DNA from: Myxococcales bacterium
GTDB taxonomy: Bacteria; Myxococcota_A; Polyangia; Polyangiales; Houyiibacteriaceae
Length of the DNA: 64,000 nt
Direction: 5' to 3'
Assembly (NCBI GenBank): GCA_012744445.1
Contig: JAAYBZ010000169.1
Coordinates: forward strand, 24,946 to 88,945
A program made the translations under genes and the position numbers. Position 1 is the stretch's first letter. The number at the start of each line of letters is the position of its first letter. Below the pieces are notes generated by a model, which did not search any database, was not told the origin of the DNA, and saw only the letters and a program-made list of their open reading frames with translations. Below, in pieces: positions 32,234 through 41,583 of the stretch.

Positions 32234-34948
32234 TCAGCGTTGCTCGACGGCTTCGACGAGCGCCTTCTGGAGCGCGGCCACCTCGTCGGGGCCCGCCACG
32301 CGTCCGCCTCCCTCGACCTCCACGTAGAAGACGTCGGCCACGCGCTCTCCCTCGGTGTTGAGCTTGGAGAGCGCGATCGAGAGGCCGTGCGCGTGGAGCG
32401 TCCGCGCGATGTCGTGGAGGAGCCGCGGGCGATCCTTGGTGAAGACGTCGATGACCGTGAAGCGCGAGGAGGCCTCGTTGTCGACGACGATCTCGGTGGG
32501 CACGTCGGGCCGGCGCCGGGCCCACGACGGCGCGCCGGGGTTCATCTTGAGGAACTGATCGGGAGTCGCCTCGCCCGCGAGGAGACGCGTCACGTCGCGC
32601 TCGAGGCGCTCGGCGAAGGCGGGCTCCAGCACCGCGCCTTGCTCACCCTGACGGGTGACGACGAAGACGTCGAAGGCGCGGACGCGGTCGCCTACGCGAC
32701 GCGTGTAGATCTCGGCGTCGGCCACCACGAAGCGGTGTCCGGCCAGCACGGCGGCGAGATCGGCGAGGAGGCCCGGGCGGTCGTCGGTCTCGACCTGGAT
32801 CGCGTAGGTGTTCTCGATGGGGCCGGTGGAGATGCGGATCGCCACCTCGCGATCCGCGGCCTCGGCCGAGAAGCGCGCGTGGTCGAGGATCGCACGGACC
32901 GAGTGCGCGAGGAGGTAACGATCGGGCATGGACTCGAGGAAGGCCTCGAGGACCGCGGGCGTGAGCCCCTCGCCCGGCGAGAGCATGACCTCTCGGCGGA
33001 CGGCCTCGGCCATGCGCCCCGGCGCCGTGATGCCGCCTTGCTCGATGGCCATGGATACGCCGACGTAGAGATCCTCGAGCGTCCGCGCCTTCCACGTCGT
33101 CATCGCCTCCGGGTTGGTGGTGGAGAGGATGCACACGTTGACGAGGTAGAGGTCGCGGAGGCGCTCGGCGTTCTCGACGAGCTTGAGCGCCTCCTCGAGC
33201 ACCTCGGGATCGTGGACGTCGCGCTGCGTGGCGAAGCGGTAGAGCGTGCTCTGCTCGCGGATGAGGAACTGCACGTGCTCCACCTCGGCGGGCGAGAGGC
33301 CGAGGCGCTCGGCGATCGGCTTGACCATCTCGGCGCCGCGCTCGGCGTAACCCGAGCCGCCGCGCACCTTGCCGATGGCGTGGAGGAGCAGCGCGACGAA
33401 GATGGGGAGGAGGCGCGGCGCCTCGGCGGAGAGACGCGCGGCGAGGCCCATCGAAGGGACGTTCTCGCCGCGGAGGAGCGCGCGGAGACGATCGACGGCC
33501 CGGATGCAGTGAACGTCGACGGTGTAGACGTGGTAGACGTCGTGGTGGACCCGGCCGGTGAGCGGCGCGAACTCGGGGATCACCGCCACGAGGAGACCCA
33601 TCTCGTGCAGCTCGGTGAGCACGCTGCCGCCGCGGAGCGAGGGCGCCGAGACCTCGGTGAGGAGCGAGAGGAAGAGCTGGATGCTCTCCTCGGAGAGCGC
33701 GACGGCGCGCCGGAATTCCTTCTTCTCGGCGTGGCGCGCGATGACGTCGCGAGCGGCCGGCGAAGGCACGGCGTTGCGGCGGACGACCTGGCGATAGAGC
33801 CGGAACGGGAGCGCGGGATCGTCGGCGATGCGCTCCGGCTTCTCGAAGGAGATCTCGCCGTCGGAGAGCATCGTGCCGTCGCCGAGATCGATGATCTCGT
33901 GGCGCATCCGCTCGGGTCGCTTGCGCGCGCGCTCGAGGAGGCGCTCGGAGGTCTGCGCGACCACGCGCGCGTGGCGGTAGTACGCCTGCATGAACTGCTC
34001 GACGCCGAGCACGATGCCGTCGACGAAGCCGAGCGAGACGCTGATCTCCTCCTGATCGGCGAAGGTGAGGCGATCCTGCCGCCTCCCCGCGCGCACGTGG
34101 AGGAGGTTCCGCACGCGCCAGAGCATCTCGGTGGCCGCGTCGAGCGCCTCCACCTCGCGCTCGAGGAGGATGCCCGCGTCCACGTAGTCCTTGGCGCACC
34201 GGGCGTCCCAGCGCGCGTGGGCCGCCCATCGGAAGACGTCGAGGTCGCGGAGGCCGCCGCGGCCGTGCTTCACCTCGGGCTCGAGGAGGTAGAGCGAGTC
34301 GCCGAAGCGCTCGTGGCGCTCGGCCGTGTCGGCGGCGAGCTGATCCAAGAGGTCGTTGATGCGCGGATCGAAGAGGCGCCTCCGTCCTTCGCGCTGGAGC
34401 TCTTCGACGATGGAGGCGTCGCCGCCGATGCGCCGGAGGTCCATGAGGGTGGTGGCGGTGCGCAGATCCGAGAGGGCGAGGTCGACGGTCTCCTCGACCC
34501 CGCGCACGGCGTGCCCGATCTCGACGCCGAGGTTCCAGAGCGGATAGAGGATCGCTTCGGTGACGACGCCCACGTAGGGCTCGGTGGGGTCGTCGCACAG
34601 GAAGAGGACGTCCACGTCGCTGTAGAGGCCGAGCGTACGTCGCCCATATCCACCCACGGCCACGAGCGCGAACCGCCCTCTGGGGGCGAGACCGCACTTC
34701 GCCGTCGAGGCGCGTGCGGCGCAGTGGAGCGCTCCGAGGAGGCCGTCGAAGGAGGCGGCGAACTCTCGAGGTCCGACGAGCCCGCTCTCGCCTCGCTCGA
34801 CCGAGCTTCGATACTGCGCGCGGTACCTCGCGAGATATTCGGCGCAGGTTTGCTCGAGTTGGGGAGAAAGACGAGCGAGATCCGTGGCCTCTCGAAGACT
34901 GCCGTCGCTCACCGAAGGGAGTATGTGGGGCCGGCCATCGACCGGCAA
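32234..34948 (-). CDS. glnD: [protein-PII] uridylyltransferase/uridylyl-removing enzyme
   Basis: 904 aa. Nucleotidyltransferase motif AVGGYGRRTLGLYSDVDVLFL, HD domain (HDVYHVYTVDVH, LLLHAIGK), and two C-terminal ACT domains (DRPGLLADLAAVLAGHRF; DRPRLLHDIARTLHAHGL). Confidence 0.92.
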   Translation of the reverse strand: MPVDGRPHILPSVSDGSLREATDLARLSPQLEQTCAEYLARYRAQYRSSVERGESGLVGPREFAASFDGLLGALHCAARASTAKCGLAPRGRFALVAVGGYGRRTLGLYSDVDVLFLCDDPTEPYVGVVTEAILYPLWNLGVEIGHAVRGVEETVDLALSDLRTATTLMDLRRIGGDASIVEELQREGRRRLFDPRINDLLDQLAADTAERHERFGDSLYLLEPEVKHGRGGLRDLDVFRWAAHARWDARCAKDYVDAGILLEREVEALDAATEMLWRVRNLLHVRAGRRQDRLTFADQEEISVSLGFVDGIVLGVEQFMQAYYRHARVVAQTSERLLERARKRPERMRHEIIDLGDGTMLSDGEISFEKPERIADDPALPFRLYRQVVRRNAVPSPAARDVIARHAEKKEFRRAVALSEESIQLFLSLLTEVSAPSLRGGSVLTELHEMGLLVAVIPEFAPLTGRVHHDVYHVYTVDVHCIRAVDRLRALLRGENVPSMGLAARLSAEAPRLLPIFVALLLHAIGKVRGGSGYAERGAEMVKPIAERLGLSPAEVEHVQFLIREQSTLYRFATQRDVHDPEVLEEALKLVENAERLRDLYLVNVCILSTTNPEAMTTWKARTLEDLYVGVSMAIEQGGITAPGRMAEAVRREVMLSPGEGLTPAVLEAFLESMPDRYLLAHSVRAILDHARFSAEAADREVAIRISTGPIENTYAIQVETDDRPGLLADLAAVLAGHRFVVADAEIYTRRVGDRVRAFDVFVVTRQGEQGAVLEPAFAERLERDVTRLLAGEATPDQFLKMNPGAPSWARRRPDVPTEIVVDNEASSRFTVIDVFTKDRPRLLHDIARTLHAHGLSIALSKLNTEGERVADVFYVEVEGGGRVAGPDEVAALQKALVEAVEQR

Positions 34949-34973
34949 GGCACGGAATTGCGAACACCCGGCG

Positions 34974-36017
34974 TCACGCCTCTTCGTAGAAATACGAGAG
35001 GATGCCCTGGGCGATCCCGCGCGCGAGCGACTCCCGGTATCGAGCCGTGCGGAGCGCCTCCTTCTCCCCCGGGATGTTCATGAACGAGGCTTCGAGGAGG
35101 ATGGCGGGCATCCGCGCGCCCACGAGCACTTGGAAGAGCGCGGGCTTGATCCCGCGATCGGCGATGCGGGGCAGGTGCTCCCGCGCCCCACGGAGCGTCT
35201 CCCGATGCACGCGCGCCGCGAGACGCTGCGAGGCCTCGAGCTGGGCCTTGCGCTCGAGCGTCGCGAGCACGAGCGAGAGCTGGGAGACCTCCTCGAGGCT
35301 CGTGCCGTTCTCACGCGCGGCGAGGCGGAGGGCCTGCTCGTCCTTCGTCGTGTCGAGGACGAAGGTGGTCACGCCGCCCCTCCGCACCTCGCCTTCGGCG
35401 TCGTTCAGATGGATGGAGACGAAGGCGTGCGCGCCGATGGCGTTCGCCATCTCGGCCCGCTGCTCGAGCGAGACACGGGCGTCGGCGTCGCGCGTCAGGC
35501 GCACGACGATCTCGGGGTGACGCTCCTTCAGGATGCGCGCGGTCCGCTGCGCGATGTCGAGCGTGAGGTGCGACTCCCGGACGCCGTCCGAGGTGGCGCC
35601 GAACTCGTTCCCGCCATGGCCGGGGTCGAGGACGACGACGAGCGCCGGATACCTGGGCGCGGCGTCGTCTCGCATCACCGGCGTCGTCTCGATCGCGTCG
35701 GAGGGCGGCACCTCCACCTCGGGTGCCGGCGCGTCCACCCTCCCGAGCACGCCGAGGAGCGCGGACATCCGCCGACGGCAACCCGTGCCGGGCGGCTCTC
35801 GCGTGAGTGCCGCCTCGAGCTTCGCGCGCGCCTCGGCGGGGGCGACGACGGCGAGGCTCCGCGCCTCGTCGTAGGCCTCGCAGGTGGCGTGCACCTCCGT
35901 CGGCGCGGGGACCTCCTCGGGCTCGCGCGGAGCGCACGCCTCGAAGAGGAAGACGCCGACGACGAAGGCCCAGAGCCGCATCGTGCCCCGGATATCGACG
36001 GGGCCCCGCCGTGTCAA
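34974..36017 (-). CDS. N-acetylmuramoyl-L-alanine amidase (Amidase_3)
   Basis: VVLDPGHGGNEFGA, HAFVSIHLNDAE, GVTTFVL, ARMPAILLEASFMNIPGE: Amidase_3 (AmiA/B/C-type) motifs. The start may be ATG 35981 (MRLWAFVVGVFLFEACAP). Confidence 0.85.
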   Translation of the reverse strand: MTRRGPVDIRGTMRLWAFVVGVFLFEACAPREPEEVPAPTEVHATCEAYDEARSLAVVAPAEARAKLEAALTREPPGTGCRRRMSALLGVLGRVDAPAPEVEVPPSDAIETTPVMRDDAAPRYPALVVVLDPGHGGNEFGATSDGVRESHLTLDIAQRTARILKERHPEIVVRLTRDADARVSLEQRAEMANAIGAHAFVSIHLNDAEGEVRRGGVTTFVLDTTKDEQALRLAARENGTSLEEVSQLSLVLATLERKAQLEASQRLAARVHRETLRGAREHLPRIADRGIKPALFQVLVGARMPAILLEASFMNIPGEKEALRTARYRESLARGIAQGILSYFYEEA

Positions 36018-36103
36018 AAAATCGGGGCCTCGCCGCCTGGGATCGATCCGGCCGGCCGAAAAGGGGAAAACGGCCGGGCACGGCGCTACGCTTTCGACGC
36101 AGC

Positions 36104-37399
36104 ATGGACCGCCTCCTCGTCGTCTGCGACGCGCCGGAGCTCTCGACGGAGCTCGCGGGGCTCGCCGCCGCGCTCGACTTCGCGCTCGAGCTCGTGGTCG
36201 TCGAGCGCGCCGAAGACGCCCTCGCGCATCCTGGCGCCGGCCTCGTCTGCGTCTCGGGCACCGTCGATGGGCGCGCCCTCGTCGCGCCCGCGAGCCGGAA
36301 GTCCCCGCCCGTGCTCGTCGTGCTCGAGATGGATCCGCGGCTCGAGGCGCTCGCGGCCGCGCTCGGGCTCGCGGCCTGCGACGAGCCCTCCGTGGGCCTT
36401 TCGGCGGCGCGGCTCGTCGCGGAGGGCATCGAGCAGCCCGCCTCGCTCTCGCTGCGCGCGCTCTCGCCCCTCACGCGACGCCGGCTCGGCCTCCAAGGCG
36501 GCCGCGCGAACGCCCGCCTCGAACAGGTCGGCGACGGTCAGCTTGCCCTCGTGCGCGGCGACGACCCGCCCGTCCCGCTCGGGCGCATCGCCGACGTGGC
36601 CCGCGCCGTCCGCGCGCTCGCCGAGCGACGTCCGCGCACGCGCCCGCCGATGCCGGTCGTCGAAGGCGCCGACCGGAGCGCCGTCCTCGACATCATCCTC
36701 GGCCCGCCGCGCGCGCTCAGCGATCCCGCGAGCAAGAGCGTGCTCGATCTCTACGGCCTCGCGCTCCCCGTCGAAGAGCTCTGCGCGAGCCCCTCGCGCG
36801 CCGCCTCGGAGGCCACGCGCATCGGCTTTCCGGTGCGCCTCGCCCTCGCCTCGCCCGATCTCCGCGCGAGCGATCACCCCGACCTCCACGTCGACGGAGT
36901 CGACTCCGCCGCGCGCGTCCGCGAGATCTATCGTCAGATGATGGCCATCGCGGCCGCGCGTCAGCCCGACGCGCGGCTCCTCGGCGTCACCGTCTCGGCC
37001 TCCACCACGGCCCGCGCGCTGCTCTGGGTGCGCCTCGCGTGCGCGGGCGAGGACGTCGTCGTGGTCGACTTCGGCTTCGCGGATCCGCACGGCGCCGCGG
37101 CGAACGACGTGGCGCTCGTCGTGCTCCCGACCGATCCCGAGGGCCTCGAGCGCGCGCTCGTGCGCCTCCGCGGCCACGCGCTCCTCTTCGGCGAGACGCC
37201 CGGTGAGAAGCGCCGCTTCATCTCGGCCTTCGCCGAGATGCTCTTCCGCCTCGCGGCGCTCGCGCGCGACTTCCCCGAGGAGATCGTGGAGATCGAGCTC
37301 CCGCGCGTCGCGGTGCTCCCCGGCGGTGACGTCGAGATCCGCGAGGCGAGGATCGAGATCGGCGACGCCTTCACGCGCCGGCTCGTCGAAGCGCCCTGA
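36104..37399 (+). CDS. hypothetical protein with C-terminal ATP-grasp_5-like (ADP-forming acyl-CoA synthetase beta-type) domain
   Basis: From ATG 36104 (MDRLLVVCDAPE). The C-terminal ~220 aa (SKSVLDLYGLALPVEELCASPSRAASEATRIGFPVRLALASPDL..HVDGVDSAARVREIYRQMM) follow the ATP-grasp_5 pattern. No CoA-binding or ligase-CoA domains are attached. The N-terminal alpha/beta region is unassigned. Confidence 0.5.
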   Translation: MDRLLVVCDAPELSTELAGLAAALDFALELVVVERAEDALAHPGAGLVCVSGTVDGRALVAPASRKSPPVLVVLEMDPRLEALAAALGLAACDEPSVGLSAARLVAEGIEQPASLSLRALSPLTRRRLGLQGGRANARLEQVGDGQLALVRGDDPPVPLGRIADVARAVRALAERRPRTRPPMPVVEGADRSAVLDIILGPPRALSDPASKSVLDLYGLALPVEELCASPSRAASEATRIGFPVRLALASPDLRASDHPDLHVDGVDSAARVREIYRQMMAIAAARQPDARLLGVTVSASTTARALLWVRLACAGEDVVVVDFGFADPHGAAANDVALVVLPTDPEGLERALVRLRGHALLFGETPGEKRRFISAFAEMLFRLAALARDFPEEIVEIELPRVAVLPGGDVEIREARIEIGDAFTRRLVEAP

Positions 37400-39809
37400 G
37401 CGCCTCGGCGGTCTTCCCCACGCCCTTCTTCGCGACCTCTTCGGGCGTGCCGACGGCCACGACGCGACCGCCCTCGGGGCCCGCGCCCGGCCCGAGATCG
37501 ACGAGGTGATCCGCCTCGAACGCCACCTCGAGGTGGTGCTCGATCACCACGAGCGTATGCCCTTCGTCGACGAGCGCGTGGAAGGCGCGCACGAGGCGTT
37601 GCACGTCGCCGAGGTGGAGGCCGCGCGTGGGCTCGTCGAGCAAGAAGAGGCACGGCCCTGCGCCCGTCCGCGAGAGCGCCCGCGCGAGCTTGATGCGCTG
37701 GGCCTCGCCGCTCGACAGCGTGGCCGCGCTCTGCCCGAGCTCGAGGTAACCGAGCCCCACTTCCTCGAGCGCCGCGAGCTTCTTGGCCATGGATGGAATC
37801 GTCTCGAAGACCCGCGCCGCCTCCGAGACCGAGAGCCGGAGGATCTGGCCGATGTCGTAGCCCTTGTAGCGGACCTCGAGCGTCTCGTCGCGATAGCGCG
37901 AGCCGCCGCAGGCGTCGCATGGCACCTCGACGTCGGGGAGGAAGCGCATGTCCACGTGGACCACGCCGAGCCCCTCGCATCGATCGCAGCGCCCGCCCTT
38001 CACGTTGAAGCTGAAGCGCGAGGACTTCCACCCACGCGCGCGCGCCTCGGGGAGCTGGGCGAAGAGATCCCGCAGCGGATCGAAGGCGCCGATCGCCGTG
38101 ACGGGCGTGGCGCGCGCGTTCGCGCCGAGCGGCGATCCGTCGACGAGGATGACCTTCTCGAAGCGATCGAGTCCTTCGACCTCGGCCTTGCAAGGGAGCC
38201 CGCGCGCCGCCGCGAGGATCGTGCCGAGGAGGAGCGAGCTCTTCCCGCTCCCGCTCACGCCGGTGAGGCAGGTGAAGCGCCCCACCGGGATGTCGACGTC
38301 GACGCCCTTCAGGTTGTGGAGCCGCGCGTTCCGCACGCGGAGGTGCGTCTTGGCCTTCGGCCGCGCCGAGGGCACGAGCGCGCGCTTGCGGAGCGCGTTC
38401 GCCGTGGGCGCGTCCTCGGCGTCGAGGACCTCCTCGGGTGTCCCTTCGGCGACGATGCGGCCGCCCTCCGCGCCCGCCGAGGGGCCGAGCTCGATCACGC
38501 GATCGGCCGCTTCGACCACGGGGAGCGCGTGCTCCACCACCACCAGTGTGTGCCCCTGTTCGCGTAGACCACGGAGCACGTCGAGGAGCGCGTCGACGTC
38601 GGCCGGATGGAGCCCCGCGGTGGGCTCGTCGAGCACGTAGAGGATCCCCGAGAGCCCGAGGCCGAGCTGGTGGGCGAGCCTGACGCGCGCGAGCTCGCCG
38701 CCCGAGAGCGACGCCGCCGAACGCGCGAGCGTGAGGTACGAGAGGCCGATGCGCTCGAGCGATCGCAAGCGCTCGCGGACGAAGGCGAGCGGACGCGCCA
38801 CGATCTCGGCATCCGTCGCGTCGAGCGCGAGCGCGTCGAGCGTCGTCGAGAGCTCGCGCACGTTCATCCGCAGGAGGTCGGCGAGCGTGAAGCCACCGAC
38901 GTGGACGCGGCGCGCGGCCTTGGAGAGGCGCGTGCCGAGGCATTCGGGGCATTCGCGCTCGAGCTCGTCATCGTCGGCGGAGATGACACCGCGCCCGTCG
39001 CACGCCTCGCACGCGCCGAGCGGGTGATCGCTCGAGACGAGCTCGAGGCTCGGCTCGGGCGGCGGGGGCTCGCCGGGGCAGAACGGCGTCTCCGAGAAGG
39101 TGAGCGCCTCCCCGGTCGCCAGCACCGCGCGCGCGACGCCGCCGCTCACGCCGAGCGCCTGCTCGAAGGCCTCGCGGATGCGCGAGCGCGAGCGCTCCTT
39201 GAGCGAGAGGCGATCGATGAGCGTCGCGGCGCGCGGGAGCATCGAGGGCGAGAGCTCGTGCGCGTCGACGACCTCGCCATCGACGAGGTAGCGCGTCCAT
39301 CCCTCGCGGAGCAGCGCCTCGACGCGCGTCCCGTCGAGGCCGACGTGCGGCGCGACGATCGAGAAGCGCGTGCCCTCGTCGTGGGCCCGGAAGAGCGCCT
39401 CGGTCATCTGCGCCGGCGTCATGCCGCGCGTCGCGTCGCTCCCGTCGGCGCAGCGCACGCGGCCGACGCGCGCGTAGACGAGCCGCAGGAAGGCCAGCAC
39501 GTCGGTGATCGAGCCGACGGTCGCGCGCGTGTTCGGCGCCGCCCGTGAGGCGCGCACCGCGATCACCGGCGGGAGCCCCTCGACGTAGTCCACGTCCGGT
39601 CGCGGCAAGGTCCCGACCACGCTCTGCGCGTGGAGACTCAGCGACTCGACGTAGCGCCTTTGTCCCTCCGCCGCGATCGTGTCGAAGGCGAGCGAGCTCT
39701 TCCCGCTGCCGCTCGGCCCCGTGACGACCACGAAGGAGCCGAGGGGGATCTCCACGCTCACGTCGCGCAGGTTGTGGACCCGCGCGCCACGGACCACGAC
39801 GGACTTCAC
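37371..39809 (-). CDS. UvrA-family ABC ATPase paralog (812 aa, insertion domain absent, Zn module 1 degenerate)
   Basis: From GTG 39809 ([22 protein letters not shown]). Two ABC modules ([34 protein letters not shown]; [34 protein letters not shown]). Zn modules [18 protein letters not shown] and [19 protein letters not shown] are present. The start overlaps the pdxA stop (GTGA). Confidence 0.85.
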   Translation of the reverse strand: MKSVVVRGARVHNLRDVSVEIPLGSFVVVTGPSGSGKSSLAFDTIAAEGQRRYVESLSLHAQSVVGTLPRPDVDYVEGLPPVIAVRASRAAPNTRATVGSITDVLAFLRLVYARVGRVRCADGSDATRGMTPAQMTEALFRAHDEGTRFSIVAPHVGLDGTRVEALLREGWTRYLVDGEVVDAHELSPSMLPRAATLIDRLSLKERSRSRIREAFEQALGVSGGVARAVLATGEALTFSETPFCPGEPPPPEPSLELVSSDHPLGACEACDGRGVISADDDELERECPECLGTRLSKAARRVHVGGFTLADLLRMNVRELSTTLDALALDATDAEIVARPLAFVRERLRSLERIGLSYLTLARSAASLSGGELARVRLAHQLGLGLSGILYVLDEPTAGLHPADVDALLDVLRGLREQGHTLVVVEHALPVVEAADRVIELGPSAGAEGGRIVAEGTPEEVLDAEDAPTANALRKRALVPSARPKAKTHLRVRNARLHNLKGVDVDIPVGRFTCLTGVSGSGKSSLLLGTILAAARGLPCKAEVEGLDRFEKVILVDGSPLGANARATPVTAIGAFDPLRDLFAQLPEARARGWKSSRFSFNVKGGRCDRCEGLGVVHVDMRFLPDVEVPCDACGGSRYRDETLEVRYKGYDIGQILRLSVSEAARVFETIPSMAKKLAALEEVGLGYLELGQSAATLSSGEAQRIKLARALSRTGAGPCLFLLDEPTRGLHLGDVQRLVRAFHALVDEGHTLVVIEHHLEVAFEADHLVDLGPGAGPEGGRVVAVGTPEEVAKKGVGKTAEALRALRRAGA

Positions 39810-40768
39810 GGCGCTCCGAGCTTCTTGGCGAGGCGGATCGCGGCGCGCATCCCGGCGGCGTCGGCCACGCCCTGACCCGCGATGTCGTAGGCGACCCCGT
39901 GATCGACCGAGGCGCGCACGAACGGAAGCCCCCACGTGACGTTCACGGCGTCACCCCAGTCGAGGAGCTTCGAGGCGATCGTGGCCTGATCGTGGAGCAT
40001 CGCGACCACGCCGTGGACGCGCCCCTCGTTCGCGGCGCGGAAGGCCGCCTCGGCCGGCATGGGCCCGACGAGCTTCGCCTTCGTGCCCGGCCTCGCCCGC
40101 TCCACGCCGGGCCGAACCGCGTCGATCTCCTCGCGGCCGAAGAGACCGCCCTCGCCCGCGTGCGGGTTCACGCCGGTGATGGCGATCTCGATCTCGCCTT
40201 CGTGGAGACGCCCGAGCGCCTCGGCGAGGTGGAGCGTCGCCCGCGCGACGCGCTCGGCCGTGACGGCCTTGGCCGCCTCGATCACCGAGAGGTGCGTCGT
40301 CACGAGCGCGACGTTTAGGCGCGGGCCGAGGAACATCATCGTCACCTCGTCGTGCGCGAGCCCGGCGAGCTCGGCGAGCGCCTCGGTCTGACCGGTGAAG
40401 GGCACCCCCGAGAGCTCGACCGCCGCCTTGGAGACCGGGCCGGTGACGAGCACGTGCGCCCTCCCCTCCATCACGGCGTGCGCGGCCTCGAGGAGCGCCG
40501 CGTGCTGGAAGCGCCCGCCCTCGGCGGTGGGCGCGCGGGCGGCGACGGCGGCCTCGGGCACACGCCCCTGATCCACCACGGTCACGGCGCCCGGCGTGGG
40601 CGCCGCGGCGAGGGCGATGCCCGCCGCGCGGAAGGCGGGCTCGAGGGCGCGCGCATCTCCGAAGACGAGCGCCGCGTCTCGGCCGAGCTCGGCCTCGAGG
40701 GCGCGGACGGTGACCTCCGGACCGATGCCGGCCGGATCGCCGACGGAGATGGCGAGGACGAGGCTCAC
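39806..40768 (-). CDS. pdxA: 4-hydroxythreonine-4-phosphate dehydrogenase
   Basis: [62 protein letters not shown]: PdxA family motifs. The GTG start overlaps the regulator stop (GTGA, 40765-40768). Confidence 0.9.
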   Translation of the reverse strand: MSLVLAISVGDPAGIGPEVTVRALEAELGRDAALVFGDARALEPAFRAAGIALAAAPTPGAVTVVDQGRVPEAAVAARAPTAEGGRFQHAALLEAAHAVMEGRAHVLVTGPVSKAAVELSGVPFTGQTEALAELAGLAHDEVTMMFLGPRLNVALVTTHLSVIEAAKAVTAERVARATLHLAEALGRLHEGEIEIAITGVNPHAGEGGLFGREEIDAVRPGVERARPGTKAKLVGPMPAEAAFRAANEGRVHGVVAMLHDQATIASKLLDWGDAVNVTWGLPFVRASVDHGVAYDIAGQGVADAAGMRAAIRLAKKLGAP

Positions 40769-41442
40769 GGAGCCTTCATCTTATACCCCACGCCCCGCAC
40801 CGTCTCGAGATCGCGGATGGCGTTCCCGAGCTTCATCCGCAGGCGCCGCACGTGGATGTCCACGGTCCGGCTGCTGCCGTAGTAGTCGACGCCCCAGACG
40901 CGCTCGAGGAGCTGCTGCCGGCTGAAGACGCGACCGCGGTGCTGCGCGAGGAAGCGGAGCAGCGCGAACTCCTGGTGCGTGAGCTGCACCGGGCGGCCGG
41001 CGACGGTGATCTCGTGGGCCGCGAGGTCGAGCATCATGTCGCCGATCTTCACGCGCTCGTTCGCGGTGAACTCGCTGCGGCGCCACTCGACCCGGCGGAT
41101 GCGCTGGTAGAGCTCGGGCGGGACGTAGGGGAAGAGGGTGAAGTCGTCGAAGCCGTCGTTGGCGTCGAGCCTGGACATGGCGTTGACGCTGACGGCGATG
41201 ATGACGGGGACCTCCGAGAGGGCGCGGGCAGCCCTCAGGCGGACGAGCGCGGCGCGCCCCGCGTCGACCTCGTCGATGGCCTCGACGAGCACGACGGTGG
41301 GCGGATCTTCGTAGAGCGCGGGGTCATCCAGAGAATCCCAGAGATTTGCCGTTTGAACGCGACAACCGAGCTCCCGGAGGATGGCGACCGCGCCCTCCTC
41401 CCGCTCCGAGAGCCCCTCTGGACCAACGACGAGGATCCACAT
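40765..41442 (-). CDS. OmpR/PhoB-type winged-helix regulator with atypical (pseudo-)receiver domain
   Basis: From ATG 41442. The C-terminal LTHQEFALLRFLAQHRGRVFSRQQLLERVWG..RTVDIHVRRLRMKL..VRGVGYKM is a canonical trans_reg_C domain. The N-terminal receiver-like fold lacks the acidic pocket (MWILVVGPEG; VVLVEAIDEVDAG). Confidence 0.8.
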   Translation of the reverse strand: MWILVVGPEGLSEREEGAVAILRELGCRVQTANLWDSLDDPALYEDPPTVVLVEAIDEVDAGRAALVRLRAARALSEVPVIIAVSVNAMSRLDANDGFDDFTLFPYVPPELYQRIRRVEWRRSEFTANERVKIGDMMLDLAAHEITVAGRPVQLTHQEFALLRFLAQHRGRVFSRQQLLERVWGVDYYGSSRTVDIHVRRLRMKLGNAIRDLETVRGVGYKMKAP

Positions 41443-41503
41443 GACGACGTTCTCTCTGCAACCCGGCCCACGGACTGTACGGGTCGCGCGACTTCCGAGC
41501 AAT

Positions 41504-41524
41504 GCGCGATCCCGAAGATCGCGC
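41504..41524. promoter_or_regulatory. perfect inverted repeat in the divergent promoter region (candidate operator)
   Basis: GCGCGATC-CCGAA-GATCGCGC (8-bp arms, 5-bp spacer), lying 62 bp upstream of the regulator start (41442) and 60 bp upstream of the GAF-protein start (41584). Confidence 0.3.
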
Positions 41525-41583
41525 GAGGACCACGTCGCCTTCTAGCCAATCCCCGGCGTCGCTGATACGTTCTTCGGGCTAGG

